From assembly GCF_036505855.1 (NCBI RefSeq), contig NZ_AP027829.1: 32,000 nt of DNA, one strand, 5' to 3'. This stretch comes from Escherichia coli (GTDB lineage Bacteria; Pseudomonadota; Gammaproteobacteria; Enterobacterales; Enterobacteriaceae). Each line of letters starts with the position of its first letter. The first letter of the stretch is position 1. Of this stretch, positions 1 to 25,750 are shown piece after piece. The notes below the pieces were generated by a model. It was given only the letters and a program-made list of their open reading frames with translations, was not told where the DNA came from and made no database searches. Made by a program: the position numbers and the translations under genes.

Positions 1-764
1 AGCCCGTTAAAAACGTGCTGGCAGAACTGCTGGTTGCGACCAGCCTGTTAACCGCTACGCTGAAGTTTGATGGTGATATCACCGTACAGCTGCAGGGCGA
101 CGGTCCGATGAATCTGGCGGTTATTAACGGTAACAATAACCAGCAGATGCGCGGTGTGGCGCGCGTGCAGGGCGAAATTCCAGAAAATGCCGACCTGAAA
201 ACGCTGGTCGGCAATGGTTACGTGGTGATCACCATTACCCCGAGCGAAGGCGAACGCTATCAGGGCGTAGTTGGTCTGGAAGGTGATACCCTGGCGGCCT
301 GCCTGGAAGATTACTTTATGCGTTCTGAACAGCTGCCGACGCGCCTGTTTATTCGCACCGGCGACGTAGACGGCAAACCGGCTGCAGGCGGTATGTTGTT
401 GCAGGTAATGCCTGCGCAAAATGCCCAGCAGGACGACTTTGACCACCTGGCGACGCTAACCGAAACCATCAAAACCGAAGAACTGCTGACCTTACCGGCA
501 AACGAAGTGTTGTGGCGTTTGTATCACGAAGAAGAGGTGACGGTTTACGATCCGCAGGATGTGGAGTTCAAATGCACCTGCTCGCGTGAACGTTGCGCCG
601 ATGCGCTGAAAACGCTGCCTGATGAAGAAGTTGATAGCATCCTGGCGGAAGATGGCGAAATTGACATGCATTGTGATTACTGCGGTAACCACTATCTGTT
701 CAATGCGATGGATATTGCTGAAATCCGCAACAACGCGTCTCCGGCAGATCCGCAAGTTCATTAA
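1..764 (+). CDS. hslO: Hsp33 redox-regulated chaperone, 5' end outside window
   Basis: ORF 15..764 stays open to the window edge (..[14 protein letters not shown]..). The C-terminal Cys cluster CTCSRERC...CDYCG is the Hsp33 zinc centre. The sequence matches E. coli HslO as I remember it. Confidence 0.95.
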   Translation, partial: PVKNVLAELLVATSLLTATLKFDGDITVQLQGDGPMNLAVINGNNNQQMRGVARVQGEIPENADLKTLVGNGYVVITITPSEGERYQGVVGLEGDTLAACLEDYFMRSEQLPTRLFIRTGDVDGKPAAGGMLLQVMPAQNAQQDDFDHLATLTETIKTEELLTLPANEVLWRLYHEEEVTVYDPQDVEFKCTCSRERCADALKTLPDEEVDSILAEDGEIDMHCDYCGNHYLFNAMDIAEIRNNASPADPQVH

Positions 765-772
765 TGAGTATG

Positions 773-800
773 TCCGGCAGAGAGGGCTCTGCCGGATTTT
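773..800 (+). terminator. Rho-independent terminator after hslO
   Basis: 10-bp stem TCCGGCAGAG/CTCTGCCGGA with a 4-nt loop, followed by TTTT. Confidence 0.7.
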
Positions 801-826
801 ACGACTAATACACCTGATGCGCTTTG

Positions 827-2551
827 TCACTCATTCAGATTCACATTCAGCCTTTCACCATCCACTACAAGATCGCGCCACGCTTTAGGCTTCGTCCCCA
901 GTTTTCCATCCTTCGCAGCTGTGAGTAATTTTTCTTTCGTTATTTCGTTCGGAAGTAAACTCATATCAAGCGCGTCCCATTCTTTTCTGTCTGAGTCAAA
1001 GCCATAGACAATGACTCTGTCATCATTAAAAGCAAACAGGATCCGCTCCGCCTGACCATCACTATTCAGATCTTGCTCGACCAGGACGCAGGCGTCTTTT
1101 TCAATACAGGTCATCACGTTATAGCGATCCTGGATTAAGGCCGACCAGAATGTCGCATCAGGTTTAACAGAACCAGGGGCAATTAACACATTATCGGCTA
1201 ATACTTTTTCCGATACCTGTTGCTGAAGATGTTGCTCTCCATCTAACGCCATCAGCAGATCCCGCGCGCGTTTCGGGTCTTTCATAAACCCGGCATCGCT
1301 TTTCAGCGACTCAAGCGCAGCACGTCCATAGCGACCGCTCTGCTCGAGCATGTAGATAGTTACCTGGTCTGACGTGTTTTTGCCGCTCTGATAACGCGCC
1401 ATATGGCTGTTCACGCTAATGCGCATACTGTCCAGCACCGGCGAATTAAGAAGCACCAGTATCACCAACACCAATAACGAAACCGCAAGGTTCACTTTGC
1501 CCTGAAGAACAACGGGATTTTGCCCTTTACGCCAGACGATGCTGACAAAATACCCCAGCGACCACACCAGTAACACCAGCACCGCCAGCACGCCCTGCAA
1601 GCGGTCGACAGTCCAGCCGTACTGAGCGACCCGCAGCCATAACGCCCAGGCGGCGACGAACACATACAGCGGAGCAACCAGCAAAGCGGTTTTAATCAGG
1701 CAACGCAACGGCCCTGTCCAGGGAAGTGACGCTTTTTGCGGATCGCGGACAATAGCCATTAAGATCAATTGCAAAAAGGCCAGCGTCAACAGCAACCCGG
1801 CGGCGGAGATGTGGCGAGAAATCGCGCTCAGGCCCGTAAACGGCAGGGTGATGATAAACATCAGGGTTAGCAATGATACTAACGGCAGCAACCCCGTGGC
1901 GATTAACGTGAACAACTTTTGAATAGAGTCGATTAAACGTGACTGTGTTCGCGCGAGGATCACCGCCAGCGCGGTAACCAGACCTAACGTGAGATAAATA
2001 AACCAGTCGGTTGCAAAAAAGAGCGTATTGAAAAACGTGATGCCAACAAGTTTAAACAACTCACTCCACAGTAAAAGCACCAGCCACGTCAAGCCATTGA
2101 CGAGAAAAATCACCAGTAATATAAGTACGTTATGCCATACTGACTGGTAAAAATAGCGATAGCGGCTACTGTCATTGCGGATGCGAAGGCTTTGTTGTAT
2201 CCACGGTAGCAACAACATTGCCATCAACAGCAGATAGCAACCAAAATCCCAAAGCGCCTTTTCAGCTCTCCAGGGGTTCATGCCATCAGTTTGCCACTTC
2301 AGCCAGCCGCTCATCCCCAGCGTGGCAATAAACACTAGCGCCAGCCATCCCCAAAGGCGCTTCTGTTTAAAAGAGATCACGGAGAAGAGTAAAACGGATG
2401 AAAACGCGACGGTCGCAGGCACGCCATAAACAATCCAACTGTGATTTTTTCCGGAAAGCCAGGCGATCAGCAGGTAGCAAACCAGACCCTGAAGTAATCC
2501 GGTAGCAATCATCCCCCAGCGTGTTGCGGGTGAAAGTTCAACGTTATCCAT
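827..2551 (-). CDS. yhgE: polytopic inner-membrane protein YhgE
   Basis: 574-aa ORF with an ATG start and many hydrophobic segments. It lies between hslO and pckA as in E. coli K-12. Confidence 0.85.
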   Translation of the reverse strand: MDNVELSPATRWGMIATGLLQGLVCYLLIAWLSGKNHSWIVYGVPATVAFSSVLLFSVISFKQKRLWGWLALVFIATLGMSGWLKWQTDGMNPWRAEKALWDFGCYLLLMAMLLLPWIQQSLRIRNDSSRYRYFYQSVWHNVLILLVIFLVNGLTWLVLLLWSELFKLVGITFFNTLFFATDWFIYLTLGLVTALAVILARTQSRLIDSIQKLFTLIATGLLPLVSLLTLMFIITLPFTGLSAISRHISAAGLLLTLAFLQLILMAIVRDPQKASLPWTGPLRCLIKTALLVAPLYVFVAAWALWLRVAQYGWTVDRLQGVLAVLVLLVWSLGYFVSIVWRKGQNPVVLQGKVNLAVSLLVLVILVLLNSPVLDSMRISVNSHMARYQSGKNTSDQVTIYMLEQSGRYGRAALESLKSDAGFMKDPKRARDLLMALDGEQHLQQQVSEKVLADNVLIAPGSVKPDATFWSALIQDRYNVMTCIEKDACVLVEQDLNSDGQAERILFAFNDDRVIVYGFDSDRKEWDALDMSLLPNEITKEKLLTAAKDGKLGTKPKAWRDLVVDGERLNVNLNE

Positions 2552-2929
2552 GTTGGTTATCCAGAATCAAAAGGTGGGTTAATTATCGCATCCGGGCAGT
2601 AGTATTTTGCTTTTTTCAGAAAATAATCAAAAAAAGTTAGCGTGGTGAATCGATACTTTACCGGTTGAATTTGCATCAATTTCATTCAGGAATGCGATTC
2701 CACTCACAATATTCCCGCCATATAAACCAAGATTTAACCTTTTGAGAACATTTTCCACACCTAAAATGCTATTTCTGCGATAATAGCAACCGTTTCGTGA
2801 CAGGAATCACGGAGTTTTTTGTCAAATATGAATTTCTCCAGATACGTAAATCTATGAGCCTTGTCGCGGTTAACACCCCCAAAAAGACTTTACTATTCAG
2901 GCAATACATATTGGCTAAGGAGCAGTGAA

Positions 2930-4552
2930 ATGCGCGTTAACAATGGTTTGACCCCGCAAGAACTCGAGGCTTATGGTATCAGTGACGTACATGATATCGT
3001 TTACAACCCAAGCTACGACCTGCTGTATCAGGAAGAGCTCGATCCGAGCCTGACAGGTTATGAGCGCGGGGTGTTAACTAATCTGGGTGCCGTTGCCGTC
3101 GATACCGGGATCTTCACCGGTCGTTCACCAAAAGATAAGTATATCGTCCGTGACGATACCACTCGCGATACTTTCTGGTGGGCAGACAAAGGCAAAGGTA
3201 AGAACGACAACAAACCTCTCTCTCCGGAAACCTGGCAGCATCTGAAAGGCCTGGTGACCAGGCAGCTTTCCGGCAAACGTCTGTTCGTTGTCGACGCTTT
3301 CTGTGGTGCGAACCCGGATACTCGTCTTTCCGTCCGTTTCATCACCGAAGTGGCCTGGCAGGCGCATTTTGTCAAAAACATGTTTATTCGCCCGAGCGAT
3401 GAAGAACTGGCAGGTTTCAAACCAGACTTTATCGTTATGAACGGCGCGAAGTGCACTAACCCGCAGTGGAAAGAACAGGGTCTCAACTCCGAAAACTTCG
3501 TGGCGTTTAACCTGACCGAGCGCATGCAGCTGATTGGCGGCACCTGGTACGGCGGCGAAATGAAGAAAGGGATGTTCTCGATGATGAACTATCTGCTGCC
3601 GCTGAAAGGTATCGCTTCTATGCACTGCTCCGCCAACGTTGGTGAGACAGGCGATGTTGCGGTGTTCTTCGGCCTTTCCGGCACCGGTAAAACCACCCTT
3701 TCCACCGACCCGAAACGTCGCCTGATTGGCGATGACGAACACGGCTGGGACGATGACGGCGTGTTTAACTTCGAAGGCGGCTGCTACGCAAAAACTATCA
3801 AGCTGTCGAAAGAAGCGGAACCTGAAATCTACAACGCTATCCGTCGTGATGCGTTGCTGGAAAACGTCACCGTGCGTGAAGATGGCACTATCGACTTTGA
3901 TGATGGTTCAAAAACCGAGAACACCCGCGTTTCTTATCCGATCTATCACATCGATAACATTGTTAAGCCGGTTTCCAAAGCGGGCCACGCGACTAAGGTT
4001 ATCTTCCTGACTGCTGATGCTTTCGGCGTGTTGCCGCCGGTTTCTCGCCTGACTGCCGATCAAACCCAGTATCACTTCCTCTCTGGCTTCACCGCCAAAC
4101 TGGCCGGTACTGAGCGTGGCATCACCGAACCGACGCCAACCTTCTCCGCTTGCTTCGGCGCGGCATTCCTGTCGCTGCACCCGACTCAGTACGCAGAAGT
4201 GCTGGTGAAACGTATGCAGGCGGCGGGCGCGCAGGCTTATCTGGTTAACACTGGCTGGAACGGCACTGGCAAACGTATCTCGATTAAAGATACCCGCGCC
4301 ATTATCGACGCCATCCTCAACGGTTCGCTGGATAATGCAGAAACCTTCACTCTGCCGATGTTTAACCTGGCGATCCCAACCGAACTGCCGGGCGTAGACA
4401 CGAAGATTCTCGATCCGCGTAACACCTACGCTTCTCCGGAACAGTGGCAGGAAAAAGCCGAAACCCTGGCGAAACTGTTTATCGACAACTTCGATAAATA
4501 CACCGACACCCCTGCGGGTGCCGCGCTGGTAGCGGCTGGTCCGAAACTGTAA
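2930..4552 (+). CDS. pckA: phosphoenolpyruvate carboxykinase (ATP)
   Basis: ORF 2861..4552 trimmed to the ATG at 2930 ([17 protein letters not shown]), preceded by TAAGGAG. This gives the 540 aa of PckA. The kinase-1a motif GLSGTGKTT is present. Confidence 0.95.
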   Translation: MRVNNGLTPQELEAYGISDVHDIVYNPSYDLLYQEELDPSLTGYERGVLTNLGAVAVDTGIFTGRSPKDKYIVRDDTTRDTFWWADKGKGKNDNKPLSPETWQHLKGLVTRQLSGKRLFVVDAFCGANPDTRLSVRFITEVAWQAHFVKNMFIRPSDEELAGFKPDFIVMNGAKCTNPQWKEQGLNSENFVAFNLTERMQLIGGTWYGGEMKKGMFSMMNYLLPLKGIASMHCSANVGETGDVAVFFGLSGTGKTTLSTDPKRRLIGDDEHGWDDDGVFNFEGGCYAKTIKLSKEAEPEIYNAIRRDALLENVTVREDGTIDFDDGSKTENTRVSYPIYHIDNIVKPVSKAGHATKVIFLTADAFGVLPPVSRLTADQTQYHFLSGFTAKLAGTERGITEPTPTFSACFGAAFLSLHPTQYAEVLVKRMQAAGAQAYLVNTGWNGTGKRISIKDTRAIIDAILNGSLDNAETFTLPMFNLAIPTELPGVDTKILDPRNTYASPEQWQEKAETLAKLFIDNFDKYTDTPAGAALVAAGPKL

Positions 4553-4596
4553 TGATTTGAAGCTGGAGAATATCTATCCAGTATCTTATAGAAAGC

Positions 4597-4627
4597 AAAA
4601 CGGGAGGCACCTTCGCCTCCCGTTTAT

Positions 4628-4630
<3 letters not shown>
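4597..4630. terminator. bidirectional terminator between convergent pckA and envZ
   Basis: AAAACGGGAGGC-ACCTTC-GCCTCCCGTTT hairpin, A-rich on one side and T-rich on the other. Confidence 0.75.
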
Positions 4631-6696
<2,066 letters not shown>

Positions 6697-6923
6697 TGTT
6701 TGTACTCCCAAAGGTTCGCAACAATTTGTAAGCGTGTATTCTTAAAAAAGCTCACGTTCGTCACCAGCTAAATCTGGTATGAATTTCAGCCTAAATTGTT
6801 ACAAAGCATATTAAACAGCAGCTTAAGTATACAATTTATTCGGCGAAACATTATTGATTCTGTTGATATGATCACGTTATACCCAATGTGCGCATTATCA
6901 AACAGACAAAGGGAATCAACGAG

Positions 6924-7400
6924 ATGAAAACGCCCCTGGTTACCCGGGAAGGGTATGAAAAACTCAAACAAGAGCTTAATTATCTCTGGCGTGAAGAACG
7001 CCCGGAGGTCACAAAAAAGGTGACCTGGGCCGCAAGTCTGGGCGACCGCAGCGAAAATGCTGACTATCAGTATAATAAAAAGCGTCTGCGTGAAATCGAC
7101 CGTCGCGTGCGCTATCTCACTAAATGCCTGGAAAATCTCAAAATCGTCGATTACTCCCCTCAGCAGGAAGGCAAAGTCTTTTTTGGCGCGTGGGTGGAGA
7201 TTGAAAACGACGATGGCGTGACTCACCGTTTCCGTATTGTCGGCTACGATGAAATTTTTGGCCGTAAAGATTACATCTCTATCGATTCCCCGATGGCCCG
7301 CGCATTGCTGAAAAAAGAAGTCGGCGATCTGGCGGTGGTGAATACCCCTGCCGGGGAAGCGAGCTGGTATGTTAATGCTATCGAGTACGTGAAACCGTAA
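6924..7400 (+). CDS. greB: transcript cleavage factor GreB
   Basis: ORF 6888..7400 trimmed to the ATG at 6924 (MKTPLVTREGYEKLKQEL), giving 158 aa. Confidence 0.95.
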   Translation: MKTPLVTREGYEKLKQELNYLWREERPEVTKKVTWAASLGDRSENADYQYNKKRLREIDRRVRYLTKCLENLKIVDYSPQQEGKVFFGAWVEIENDDGVTHRFRIVGYDEIFGRKDYISIDSPMARALLKKEVGDLAVVNTPAGEASWYVNAIEYVKP

Positions 7401-7496
7401 GGAAGAGTCTTAACCTCCTGCCGATGGCTGGCATTTTTGCCAGCCAGTCCGTATAACTATCCCCTGATTTTTGATCCGAAAAGATGAACTCAAACC

Positions 7497-9818
7497 ATGA
7501 TGAATGATTCGTTCTGCCGCATTATTGCGGGTGAAATTCAGGCGCGCCCGGAACAGGTTGACGCTGCCGTTCGCCTGCTTGACGAAGGGAATACCGTGCC
7601 GTTTATCGCACGTTATCGTAAGGAAATCACCGGCGGTCTGGATGACACGCAGCTGCGTAATCTGGAAACGCGTCTGAGCTATCTGCGCGAGCTGGAAGAG
7701 AGACGTCAGGCGATCCTCAAGTCCATTTCCGAGCAAGGCAAACTCACCGATGATCTGGCGAAGGCCATCAACGCCACCCTAAGCAAAACCGAACTCGAAG
7801 ACCTCTACCTGCCCTACAAACCTAAACGCCGCACCCGCGGGCAAATCGCCATTGAAGCAGGGCTTGAGCCGTTGGCTGACCTGCTGTGGAGCGATCCGTC
7901 ACACACGCCAGAAGTCGCCGCTGCACAATATGTTGATGCCGATAAAGGCGTGGCAGATACCAAAGCCGCGCTGGATGGCGCGCGCTATATCCTGATGGAA
8001 CGGTTTGCCGAAGATGCCGCGCTGCTGGCGAAAGTGCGTGATTATCTGTGGAAGAACGCGCATTTGGTTTCTACGGTGGTGAGCGGTAAAGAAGAGGAAG
8101 GGGCGAAATTCCGCGACTATTTCGATCATCACGAACCGTTGTCCACGGTGCCTTCTCACCGCGCGCTGGCGATGTTCCGTGGGCGTAACGAAGGCGTACT
8201 CCAGCTTTCGCTGAATGCCGATCCGCAGTTCGATGAGCCGCCCAAAGAGAGCTATTGCGAGCAAATCATCATGGATCACCTTGGCCTACGCCTGAACAAT
8301 GCCCCGGCGGATAGCTGGCGCAAAGGCGTAGTGAGCTGGACCTGGCGCATCAAGGTGCTGATGCATCTGGAAACCGAACTGATGGGTACCGTGCGCGAAC
8401 GCGCGGAAGATGAAGCAATCAACGTCTTTGCCCGTAACCTGCACGATCTGCTGATGGCGGCCCCTGCCGGACTGCGTGCAACGATGGGCCTCGATCCGGG
8501 TCTGCGTACTGGGGTAAAAGTGGCGGTGGTCGATGCCACTGGCAAACTGGTAGCGACCGATACCATTTACCCGCACACCGGACAAGCCGCAAAAGCAGCG
8601 ATGACCGTTGCTGCCTTGTGTGAAAAACATAACGTTGAACTGGTGGCGATCGGCAACGGTACAGCTTCCCGCGAAACTGAACGTTTCTATCTCGACGTGC
8701 AGAAGCAGTTCCCGAAAGTGACCGCACAGAAAGTGATCGTCAGCGAAGCTGGCGCGTCGGTTTACTCAGCTTCCGAGCTGGCAGCGCAGGAGTTCCCGGA
8801 TCTCGACGTTTCGCTGCGTGGCGCGGTGTCTATCGCCCGCCGTTTGCAGGATCCGCTGGCGGAGCTGGTGAAAATCGATCCGAAATCTATCGGCGTAGGT
8901 CAGTATCAGCATGACGTCAGCCAGACGCAACTGGCCCGCAAACTGGACGCAGTAGTAGAAGACTGCGTAAACGCCGTTGGCGTCGATCTCAACACTGCTT
9001 CTGTTCCGCTGTTAACCCGCGTGGCGGGCCTGACGCGCATGATGGCGCAAAACATCGTGGCCTGGCGCGATGAGAACGGCCAGTTCCAGAACCGTCAGCA
9101 ACTGCTGAAAGTCAGCCGTCTGGGGCCGAAAGCCTTCGAGCAGTGCGCGGGCTTCTTGCGCATTAACCACGGTGATAACCCGCTGGATGCTTCTACCGTC
9201 CACCCGGAAGCCTATCCGGTGGTGGAACGCATTCTGGCAGCAACACAGCAGGCACTGAAAGATCTGATGGGTAACAGCAGCGAACTGCGTAACCTGAAAG
9301 CGTCTGACTTTACTGATGAAAAATTCGGTGTGCCGACAGTAACTGACATCATCAAAGAGCTGGAAAAACCGGGTCGCGATCCGCGTCCGGAATTTAAAAC
9401 CGCTCAGTTTGCCGATGGCGTCGAGACAATGAACGACCTGCAACCGGGTATGATCCTCGAAGGTGCGGTGACCAACGTCACCAACTTTGGCGCGTTTGTC
9501 GATATCGGCGTGCATCAGGACGGCCTGGTTCACATCTCTTCATTGTCGAACAAGTTTGTGGAAGATCCGCATACCGTGGTGAAAGCGGGCGACATTGTGA
9601 AGGTGAAAGTGCTGGAAGTGGATCTTCAGCGTAAACGTATCGCCCTGACTATGCGTCTGGACGAGCAGCCTGGCGAAACCAACGCCCGTCGCGGCGGCGG
9701 TAATGAACGCCCGCAAAACAACCGCCCGGCAGCCAAACCACGCGGTCGTGAAGCGCAGCCTGCCGGTAATAGCGCGATGATGGATGCGCTGGCGGCGGCA
9801 ATGGGCAAAAAACGTTAA
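7497..9818 (+). CDS. yhgF: Tex-like transcription accessory protein YhgF with C-terminal S1 domain
   Basis: 773 aa. Contains an S1 motif ([21 protein letters not shown]), YqgF/HhH-like central regions and a basic tail. Confidence 0.92.
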   Translation: MMNDSFCRIIAGEIQARPEQVDAAVRLLDEGNTVPFIARYRKEITGGLDDTQLRNLETRLSYLRELEERRQAILKSISEQGKLTDDLAKAINATLSKTELEDLYLPYKPKRRTRGQIAIEAGLEPLADLLWSDPSHTPEVAAAQYVDADKGVADTKAALDGARYILMERFAEDAALLAKVRDYLWKNAHLVSTVVSGKEEEGAKFRDYFDHHEPLSTVPSHRALAMFRGRNEGVLQLSLNADPQFDEPPKESYCEQIIMDHLGLRLNNAPADSWRKGVVSWTWRIKVLMHLETELMGTVRERAEDEAINVFARNLHDLLMAAPAGLRATMGLDPGLRTGVKVAVVDATGKLVATDTIYPHTGQAAKAAMTVAALCEKHNVELVAIGNGTASRETERFYLDVQKQFPKVTAQKVIVSEAGASVYSASELAAQEFPDLDVSLRGAVSIARRLQDPLAELVKIDPKSIGVGQYQHDVSQTQLARKLDAVVEDCVNAVGVDLNTASVPLLTRVAGLTRMMAQNIVAWRDENGQFQNRQQLLKVSRLGPKAFEQCAGFLRINHGDNPLDASTVHPEAYPVVERILAATQQALKDLMGNSSELRNLKASDFTDEKFGVPTVTDIIKELEKPGRDPRPEFKTAQFADGVETMNDLQPGMILEGAVTNVTNFGAFVDIGVHQDGLVHISSLSNKFVEDPHTVVKAGDIVKVKVLEVDLQRKRIALTMRLDEQPGETNARRGGGNERPQNNRPAAKPRGREAQPAGNSAMMDALAAAMGKKR

Positions 9819-9844
9819 ACGCCCGGACTGGCCCCTAAACCTGC

Positions 9845-9873
9845 GCGATAAGGCGTTCACGCCGCATCTGGCA
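9845..9873. repeat. REP (repetitive extragenic palindrome) unit
   Basis: GCGATAAGGCGTTCACGCCGCATCTGGCA resembles the E. coli REP consensus (GGATAAGGCGTTTACGCCGCATCCGGCA). Confidence 0.6.
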
Positions 9874-9899
9874 ACGAACGCCTTGCCTGACATAAAAGT

Positions 9900-9927
9900 G
9901 CCGGAGAATTTCTCCGGCCTTTTTATT
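9900..9927 (+). terminator. Rho-independent terminator after yhgF
   Basis: GCCGGAG-AATTT-CTCCGGC followed by CTTTTTATT. Confidence 0.7.
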
Positions 9928-10052
9928 CCACAACCAAACTCATAATATATTCCGGCAATATTTATCACTTCATTAACAACTGAAACCTTAATTAAACATT
10001 AGCCAGTCCGGGTAATTCACTATTCGAATTATATTTTCGCTGCGATATAACC

Positions 10053-10066
10053 TTGAGCCACATCAA
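10053..10066. promoter_or_regulatory. FNR-type site upstream of feoA
   Basis: TTGAG-CCAC-ATCAA compared with the FNR consensus TTGAT-N4-ATCAA. feo is known to be FNR-activated. Confidence 0.45.
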
Positions 10067-10120
10067 CATTGAGTCAGATTATTATTCAAACCAACATTCG
10101 CACACATTTTAAGTATTGCT

Positions 10121-10146
10121 GATAGAAACCATTCTCATTATCATTG
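10121..10146. promoter_or_regulatory. Fur-box-like sequence upstream of feoA
   Basis: GATAGAAACCATTCTCATTATCATTG contains TCATTATC-type Fur hexamers. feo is known to be Fur-repressed. Confidence 0.45.
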
Positions 10147-10255
10147 TGTTGTTGATTATTTAATCTCTCCTTTGTTGGCAAATCATCTGGTCTCATGTCG
10201 CTGTCAAACGCCCCATGAGGTAGTTATCCAGTTAATGAGAAACAAGTAGGCACCT

Positions 10256-10483
10256 ATGCAATACACTCCAGATACTGCGTGGAAAATCACTGGCTTTTCC
10301 CGTGAAATCAGCCCGGCATATCGCCAAAAACTGCTTTCTCTTGGCATGTTACCTGGCTCCTCTTTTAATGTGGTGCGCGTCGCTCCACTCGGCGACCCCA
10401 TTCATATCGAAACCCGTCGTGTGAGCCTGGTATTACGCAAAAAAGATCTGGCCTTATTAGAAGTGGAAGCGGTTTCCTGTTAA
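10256..10483 (+). CDS. feoA: ferrous iron transport protein A
   Basis: 75-aa ORF immediately upstream of feoB, recognised as the E. coli sequence. Confidence 0.93.
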   Translation: MQYTPDTAWKITGFSREISPAYRQKLLSLGMLPGSSFNVVRVAPLGDPIHIETRRVSLVLRKKDLALLEVEAVSC

Positions 10484-10499
10484 TACGGTGATAACAACA

Positions 10500-12821
10500 A
10501 TGAAAAAATTAACCATAGGCTTAATTGGTAATCCAAATTCTGGCAAGACAACCTTATTTAACCAGCTCACTGGCGCACGTCAGCGTGTAGGTAACTGGGC
10601 TGGCGTTACCGTCGAACGTAAAGAAGGGCAATTCTCCACCACCGATCATCAGGTCACGCTGGTGGACCTGCCCGGCACCTATTCTCTGACCACCATCTCA
10701 TCGCAGACCTCGCTCGATGAGCAAATCGCCTGTCACTACATTTTGAGTGGCGACGCCGACCTGCTGATTAACGTGGTGGATGCGTCTAACCTTGAGCGTA
10801 ACCTGTACCTGACGCTACAACTGCTGGAACTCGGCATTCCCTGCATTGTGGCACTGAACATGCTCGACATTGCCGAGAAGCAAAATATTCGTATTGAAAT
10901 TGATGCTCTGTCGGCGCGTCTGGGCTGTCCGGTGATCCCGCTGGTTTCAACCCGTGGTCGCGGTATTGAAGCGCTCAAGCTGGCGATTGATCGCTATAAA
11001 GCTAACGAGAATGTGGAACTGGTACATTACGCACAGCCGCTACTCAACGAAGCAGATTCACTGGCAAAAGTGATGCCTTCCGACATCCCGCTGAAACAAC
11101 GTCGCTGGCTGGGCCTGCAAATGCTGGAAGGCGATATCTACAGCCGCGCCTACGCCGGTGAAGCGTCGCAGCATCTTGATGCCGCCCTCGCCCGTCTGCG
11201 TAATGAGATGGACGATCCGGCGCTGCACATTGCCGATGCGCGTTACCAGTGCATTGCTGCCATCTGTGATGTGGTAAGCAACACCCTGACGGCAGAACCC
11301 AGCCGTTTCACCACTGCGGTAGATAAAATCGTGCTCAACCGTTTCCTCGGTCTGCCGATTTTCCTCTTTGTGATGTACCTGATGTTCCTGCTGGCTATCA
11401 ACATCGGCGGGGCGTTACAGCCGCTGTTTGACGTCGGCTCCGTGGCGCTATTTGTGCATGGTATTCAATGGATTGGCTACACGCTCCACTTCCCGGACTG
11501 GCTGACTATCTTCCTCGCCCAGGGCCTGGGTGGCGGCATTAACACCGTGCTGCCACTGGTGCCGCAGATTGGCATGATGTACCTGTTCCTCTCCTTCCTT
11601 GAGGACTCCGGGTATATGGCGCGTGCGGCGTTTGTGATGGACCGTCTGATGCAGGCGCTGGGCTTGCCGGGGAAATCCTTTGTGCCGCTGATCGTCGGTT
11701 TCGGTTGTAACGTACCGTCGGTAATGGGTGCACGTACGCTTGATGCACCGCGTGAACGTCTGATGACCATCATGATGGCACCGTTTATGTCCTGCGGCGC
11801 GCGTCTGGCTATCTTCGCAGTATTCGCGGCTGCCTTCTTCGGGCAGAACGGTGCGCTGGCGGTCTTCTCGCTGTATATGCTGGGTATTGTGATGGCGGTG
11901 CTGACTGGCCTGATGCTCAAGTACACCATCATGCGCGGTGAAGCGACGCCGTTTGTCATGGAGTTGCCGGTCTATCATGTACCACACGTTAAAAGCCTGA
12001 TTATCCAGACCTGGCAGCGTCTGAAAGGCTTCGTTCTGCGTGCTGGTAAAGTGATCATCATCGTCAGCATTTTCCTGAGCGCTTTCAACAGCTTCTCGCT
12101 GAGCGGGAAAATCGTCGATAACATCAACGACTCGGCGCTGGCGTCCGTCAGCCGGGTGATCACCCCGGTCTTCAAGCCAATTGGCGTGCATGAAGATAAC
12201 TGGCAGGCAACGGTTGGCCTGTTTACAGGTGCCATGGCGAAAGAAGTGGTAGTGGGTACGCTCAACACCCTCTACACCGCAGAAAATATTCAGGACGAAG
12301 AGTTCAATCCGGCAGAATTTAACCTCGGTGAAGAGCTGTTCAGTGCGATAGATGAAACCTGGCAGAGCCTGAAAGACACCTTCAGCCTTAGCGTACTGAT
12401 GAACCCCATTGAAGCCAGCAAAGGCGACGGCGAAATGGGTACCGGGGCGATGGGCGTGATGGATCAGAAATTCGGTAGCGCAGCAGCAGCTTACAGCTAC
12501 CTGATTTTCGTCCTGCTGTATGTACCATGTATCTCGGTGATGGGGGCTATCGCCCGTGAATCAAGCCGTGGCTGGATGGGCTTCTCCATCCTGTGGGGGC
12601 TGAATATCGCTTACTCACTGGCAACATTGTTCTATCAGGTCGCCAGCTACAGTCAGCATCCAACTTACAGCCTGGTGTGCATTCTGGCGGTTATCCTGTT
12701 TAACATCGTGGTTATCGGTCTGCTGCGCCGCGCGCGTAGCCGGGTGGATATCGAACTGCTGGCAACCCGCAAGTCGGTAAGCAGTTGCTGCGCAGCCAGC
12801 ACCACCGGTGATTGCCATTAA
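10500..12821 (+). CDS. feoB: ferrous iron transporter FeoB (G-protein-coupled permease)
   Basis: ORF 10488..12821 trimmed to the ATG at 10500 ([21 protein letters not shown]), giving 773 aa. It has an N-terminal G domain and a polytopic C-terminal part. Confidence 0.96.
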   Translation: MKKLTIGLIGNPNSGKTTLFNQLTGARQRVGNWAGVTVERKEGQFSTTDHQVTLVDLPGTYSLTTISSQTSLDEQIACHYILSGDADLLINVVDASNLERNLYLTLQLLELGIPCIVALNMLDIAEKQNIRIEIDALSARLGCPVIPLVSTRGRGIEALKLAIDRYKANENVELVHYAQPLLNEADSLAKVMPSDIPLKQRRWLGLQMLEGDIYSRAYAGEASQHLDAALARLRNEMDDPALHIADARYQCIAAICDVVSNTLTAEPSRFTTAVDKIVLNRFLGLPIFLFVMYLMFLLAINIGGALQPLFDVGSVALFVHGIQWIGYTLHFPDWLTIFLAQGLGGGINTVLPLVPQIGMMYLFLSFLEDSGYMARAAFVMDRLMQALGLPGKSFVPLIVGFGCNVPSVMGARTLDAPRERLMTIMMAPFMSCGARLAIFAVFAAAFFGQNGALAVFSLYMLGIVMAVLTGLMLKYTIMRGEATPFVMELPVYHVPHVKSLIIQTWQRLKGFVLRAGKVIIIVSIFLSAFNSFSLSGKIVDNINDSALASVSRVITPVFKPIGVHEDNWQATVGLFTGAMAKEVVVGTLNTLYTAENIQDEEFNPAEFNLGEELFSAIDETWQSLKDTFSLSVLMNPIEASKGDGEMGTGAMGVMDQKFGSAAAAYSYLIFVLLYVPCISVMGAIARESSRGWMGFSILWGLNIAYSLATLFYQVASYSQHPTYSLVCILAVILFNIVVIGLLRRARSRVDIELLATRKSVSSCCAASTTGDCH

Positions 12822-13057
12822 TGGCTTCACTTATTCAGGTGCGCGATTTGCTGGCGTTACGGGGCCGTATGGAAGCGGCCCAGATAAGCCAGACATTGAA
12901 CACTCCACAGCCAATGATTAACGCCATGCTGCAACAACTGGAAAGTATGGGCAAAGCCGTGCGGATTCAGGAAGAACCTGACGGCTGCCTCTCTGGCAGT
13001 TGTAAAAGCTGCCCGGAAGGAAAAGCCTGTCTGCGCGAGTGGTGGGCGCTGCGTTAA
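12821..13057 (+). CDS. feoC: FeoC (YhgG), small winged-helix/Cys-rich protein
   Basis: ORF 12812..13057 trimmed to the ATG at 12821 ([11 protein letters not shown]), giving 78 aa. TAATG overlap with the feoB stop. Contains a CxxGxCKxCP Cys cluster. Confidence 0.9.
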   Translation: MASLIQVRDLLALRGRMEAAQISQTLNTPQPMINAMLQQLESMGKAVRIQEEPDGCLSGSCKSCPEGKACLREWWALR

Positions 13058-13081
13058 CCTTACTCCATCGCCTGTTTTGGA

Positions 13082-13115
13082 AAGCCCGGTATGCGTCTGC
13101 ATCCGGGCTTTTTTG
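13082..13115 (+). terminator. Rho-independent terminator after feoC
   Basis: AAGCCCGG...CCGGGCTT stem followed by TTTTT. Confidence 0.7.
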
Positions 13116-13259
13116 CGTGCGGCTTTCCATAAAAATGCAACTCTTGCAGCACGGCGTAAGTTCCTTTGAAAGCATCTCGCAGGGATGAAAACTCGCTAAT
13201 ACACAGGTGTGGAGTGGCGCGTAGAGTCGCGGCATTCAAACAACAGGTGAAGGAACGCC

Positions 13260-14138
13260 ATGAGCAAAAAGCAGAGTTCCACCCCACACGATGCGCTGTT
13301 CAAACTCTTTTTACGCCAACCGGACACGGCTCGTGATTTTCTTGCGTTTCATTTACCGGCACCCATTCACGCGCTTTGTGATATGAAAACCCTCAAGCTG
13401 GAGTCGAGCAGCTTTATTGATGACGATCTGCGTGAAAGCTATTCCGATGTGCTGTGGTCGGTGAAAACGGAACAAGGACCAGGATACATCTATTGTCTGA
13501 TTGAACATCAAAGCACCTCAAACAAACTGATCGCATTTCGCATGATGCGTTACGCTATTGCCGCAATGCAAAATCACCTTGATGCTGGATACAAAACGTT
13601 GCCGATGGTGGTGCCATTGTTGTTTTACCACGGTATTGAAAGCCCCTATCCCTATTCGCTGTGTTGGCTGGATTGTTTCGCCGATCCCAAACTGGCAAGG
13701 CAGCTTTATGCCTCCGCATTTCCGCTGATTGATGTCACCGTCATGCCTGATGATGAAATCATGCAGCACCGACGTATGGCGCTGCTGGAGTTAATTCAAA
13801 AACATATTCGTCAACGCGATCTGATGGGGCTGGTAGAGCAAATGGCCTGCTTATTAAGTAGTGGATACGCTAATGACAGACAAATCAAAGGGCTGTTTAA
13901 TTACATACTGCAAACCGGCGACGCGGTACGTTTTAACGATTTTATCGACGGCGTTGCCGAACGTTCACCGAAACACAAGGAGAGTTTAATGACAATTGCG
14001 GAAAGATTGCGGCAGGAGGGGGAACAATCCAAAGCCCTGCATATAGCCAAAATAATGCTTGAATCCGGAGTCCCTCTTACAGACATCATGCGCTTTACCG
14101 GGGTGTCAGAAGAAGAGTTGGCTGCGGCGAGCCAGTAA
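13260..14138 (+). CDS. rpnA: recombination-promoting nuclease RpnA (YhgA, transposase_31/PD-(D/E)XK family)
   Basis: 292 aa starting [18 protein letters not shown], recognised as E. coli YhgA. Confidence 0.88.
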   Translation: MSKKQSSTPHDALFKLFLRQPDTARDFLAFHLPAPIHALCDMKTLKLESSSFIDDDLRESYSDVLWSVKTEQGPGYIYCLIEHQSTSNKLIAFRMMRYAIAAMQNHLDAGYKTLPMVVPLLFYHGIESPYPYSLCWLDCFADPKLARQLYASAFPLIDVTVMPDDEIMQHRRMALLELIQKHIRQRDLMGLVEQMACLLSSGYANDRQIKGLFNYILQTGDAVRFNDFIDGVAERSPKHKESLMTIAERLRQEGEQSKALHIAKIMLESGVPLTDIMRFTGVSEEELAAASQ

Positions 14139-14166
14139 ATTTCTGTCTCGCCATTTCAAAAGTTGC

Positions 14167-14998
<832 letters not shown>

Positions 14999-15193
14999 GT
15001 CAAAACAAGGAATATCCCCATGAAATAAATATAAAAAGCGTATATACAAAACGTGGAGGAAAGATAAATGGAGATATTCTTAACAATTACACTCATTATT
15101 AACATAGCGTATGCAGTTATCCCGATAAAAAAAATGAAAGCTGCGAAATCCTGATCTCAGCAATAGATACTACATTTATATACAAAGTGATAA

Positions 15194-15471
<278 letters not shown>

Positions 15472-15492
15472 ACTGGCTATATCTTTGAGATA

Positions 15493-16860
<1,368 letters not shown>

Positions 16861-16937
16861 GATAAACCTGTCAGGCAGTTGAGAATAAGTGCACTGAATG
16901 GCCAGCGGGGCGTAAGTACCCGTATTCAGCAATGATG

Positions 16938-17006
16938 CCTTTCCGCTTCCCCGACCGCTCGCTAACTGGTGTCAGGTTGCCGGATCTGCGGCGAGCGGTA
17001 CCACCA
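16938..17006 (-). promoter_or_regulatory. PriA-type primosome assembly site (ssi)-like sequence, copy 1
   Basis: Similar to the ColE1/pMB1 segment TTCCGCTTCCTCGCTCACTGACTCGCTGCGCTCGGTCGTTCGGCTGCGGCGAGCGGTATCA. The minus strand carries AAGCGG. Confidence 0.45.
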
Positions 17007-17009
17007 CAA

Positions 17010-17074
<65 letters not shown>

Positions 17075-17091
17075 GACGTGTAAACAGAGCA

Positions 17092-17264
<173 letters not shown>

Positions 17265-17276
17265 TCAGTAATGGTA

Positions 17277-17345
<69 letters not shown>

Positions 17346-17363
17346 ACGAGCAACTGAAGCAGC

Positions 17364-17399
<36 letters not shown>

Positions 17400-17415
17400 C
17401 GCAGCAGGTGCAGGA

Positions 17416-17453
<38 letters not shown>

Positions 17454-17454
17454 A

Positions 17455-17684
<230 letters not shown>

Positions 17685-17716
17685 ACGCGCAACTGAAGCA
17701 GTCTGCCTGTCTGTTA

Positions 17717-17750
<34 letters not shown>

Positions 17751-17751
17751 A

Positions 17752-17789
<38 letters not shown>

Positions 17790-17876
17790 TCGTCGGGGGA
17801 GCTCGCTGTCAGTCATCAATTTCATCAAAAGGCATCATCATTGCCTGTACGACTCACGCCTTGCGTCGCTCGTCTC

Positions 17877-18022
<146 letters not shown>

Positions 18023-18095
18023 CCGGGGACAACCGGTTGAGCACAGTAACGGCCTGCCGCTCATCATGTACAGAAAACATCATCAATATCGCCTG

Positions 18096-22188
<4,093 letters not shown>

Positions 22189-22224
22189 CTAAAAAGGCGT
22201 CCCGAAAGACGCCATAACATAATA

Positions 22225-25750
<3,526 letters not shown>

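Noticed and set aside
2861-2929. N-terminal extensions given by the ORF track for pckA (2861), ompR (6711), greB (6888), feoB (10488), feoC (12812), insC (26118), pVI (20611 GTG) and pIII (22185 GTG)
   Set aside because: Known protein N-termini and/or better-placed Shine-Dalgarno sequences support the downstream ATG starts used in the feature list.
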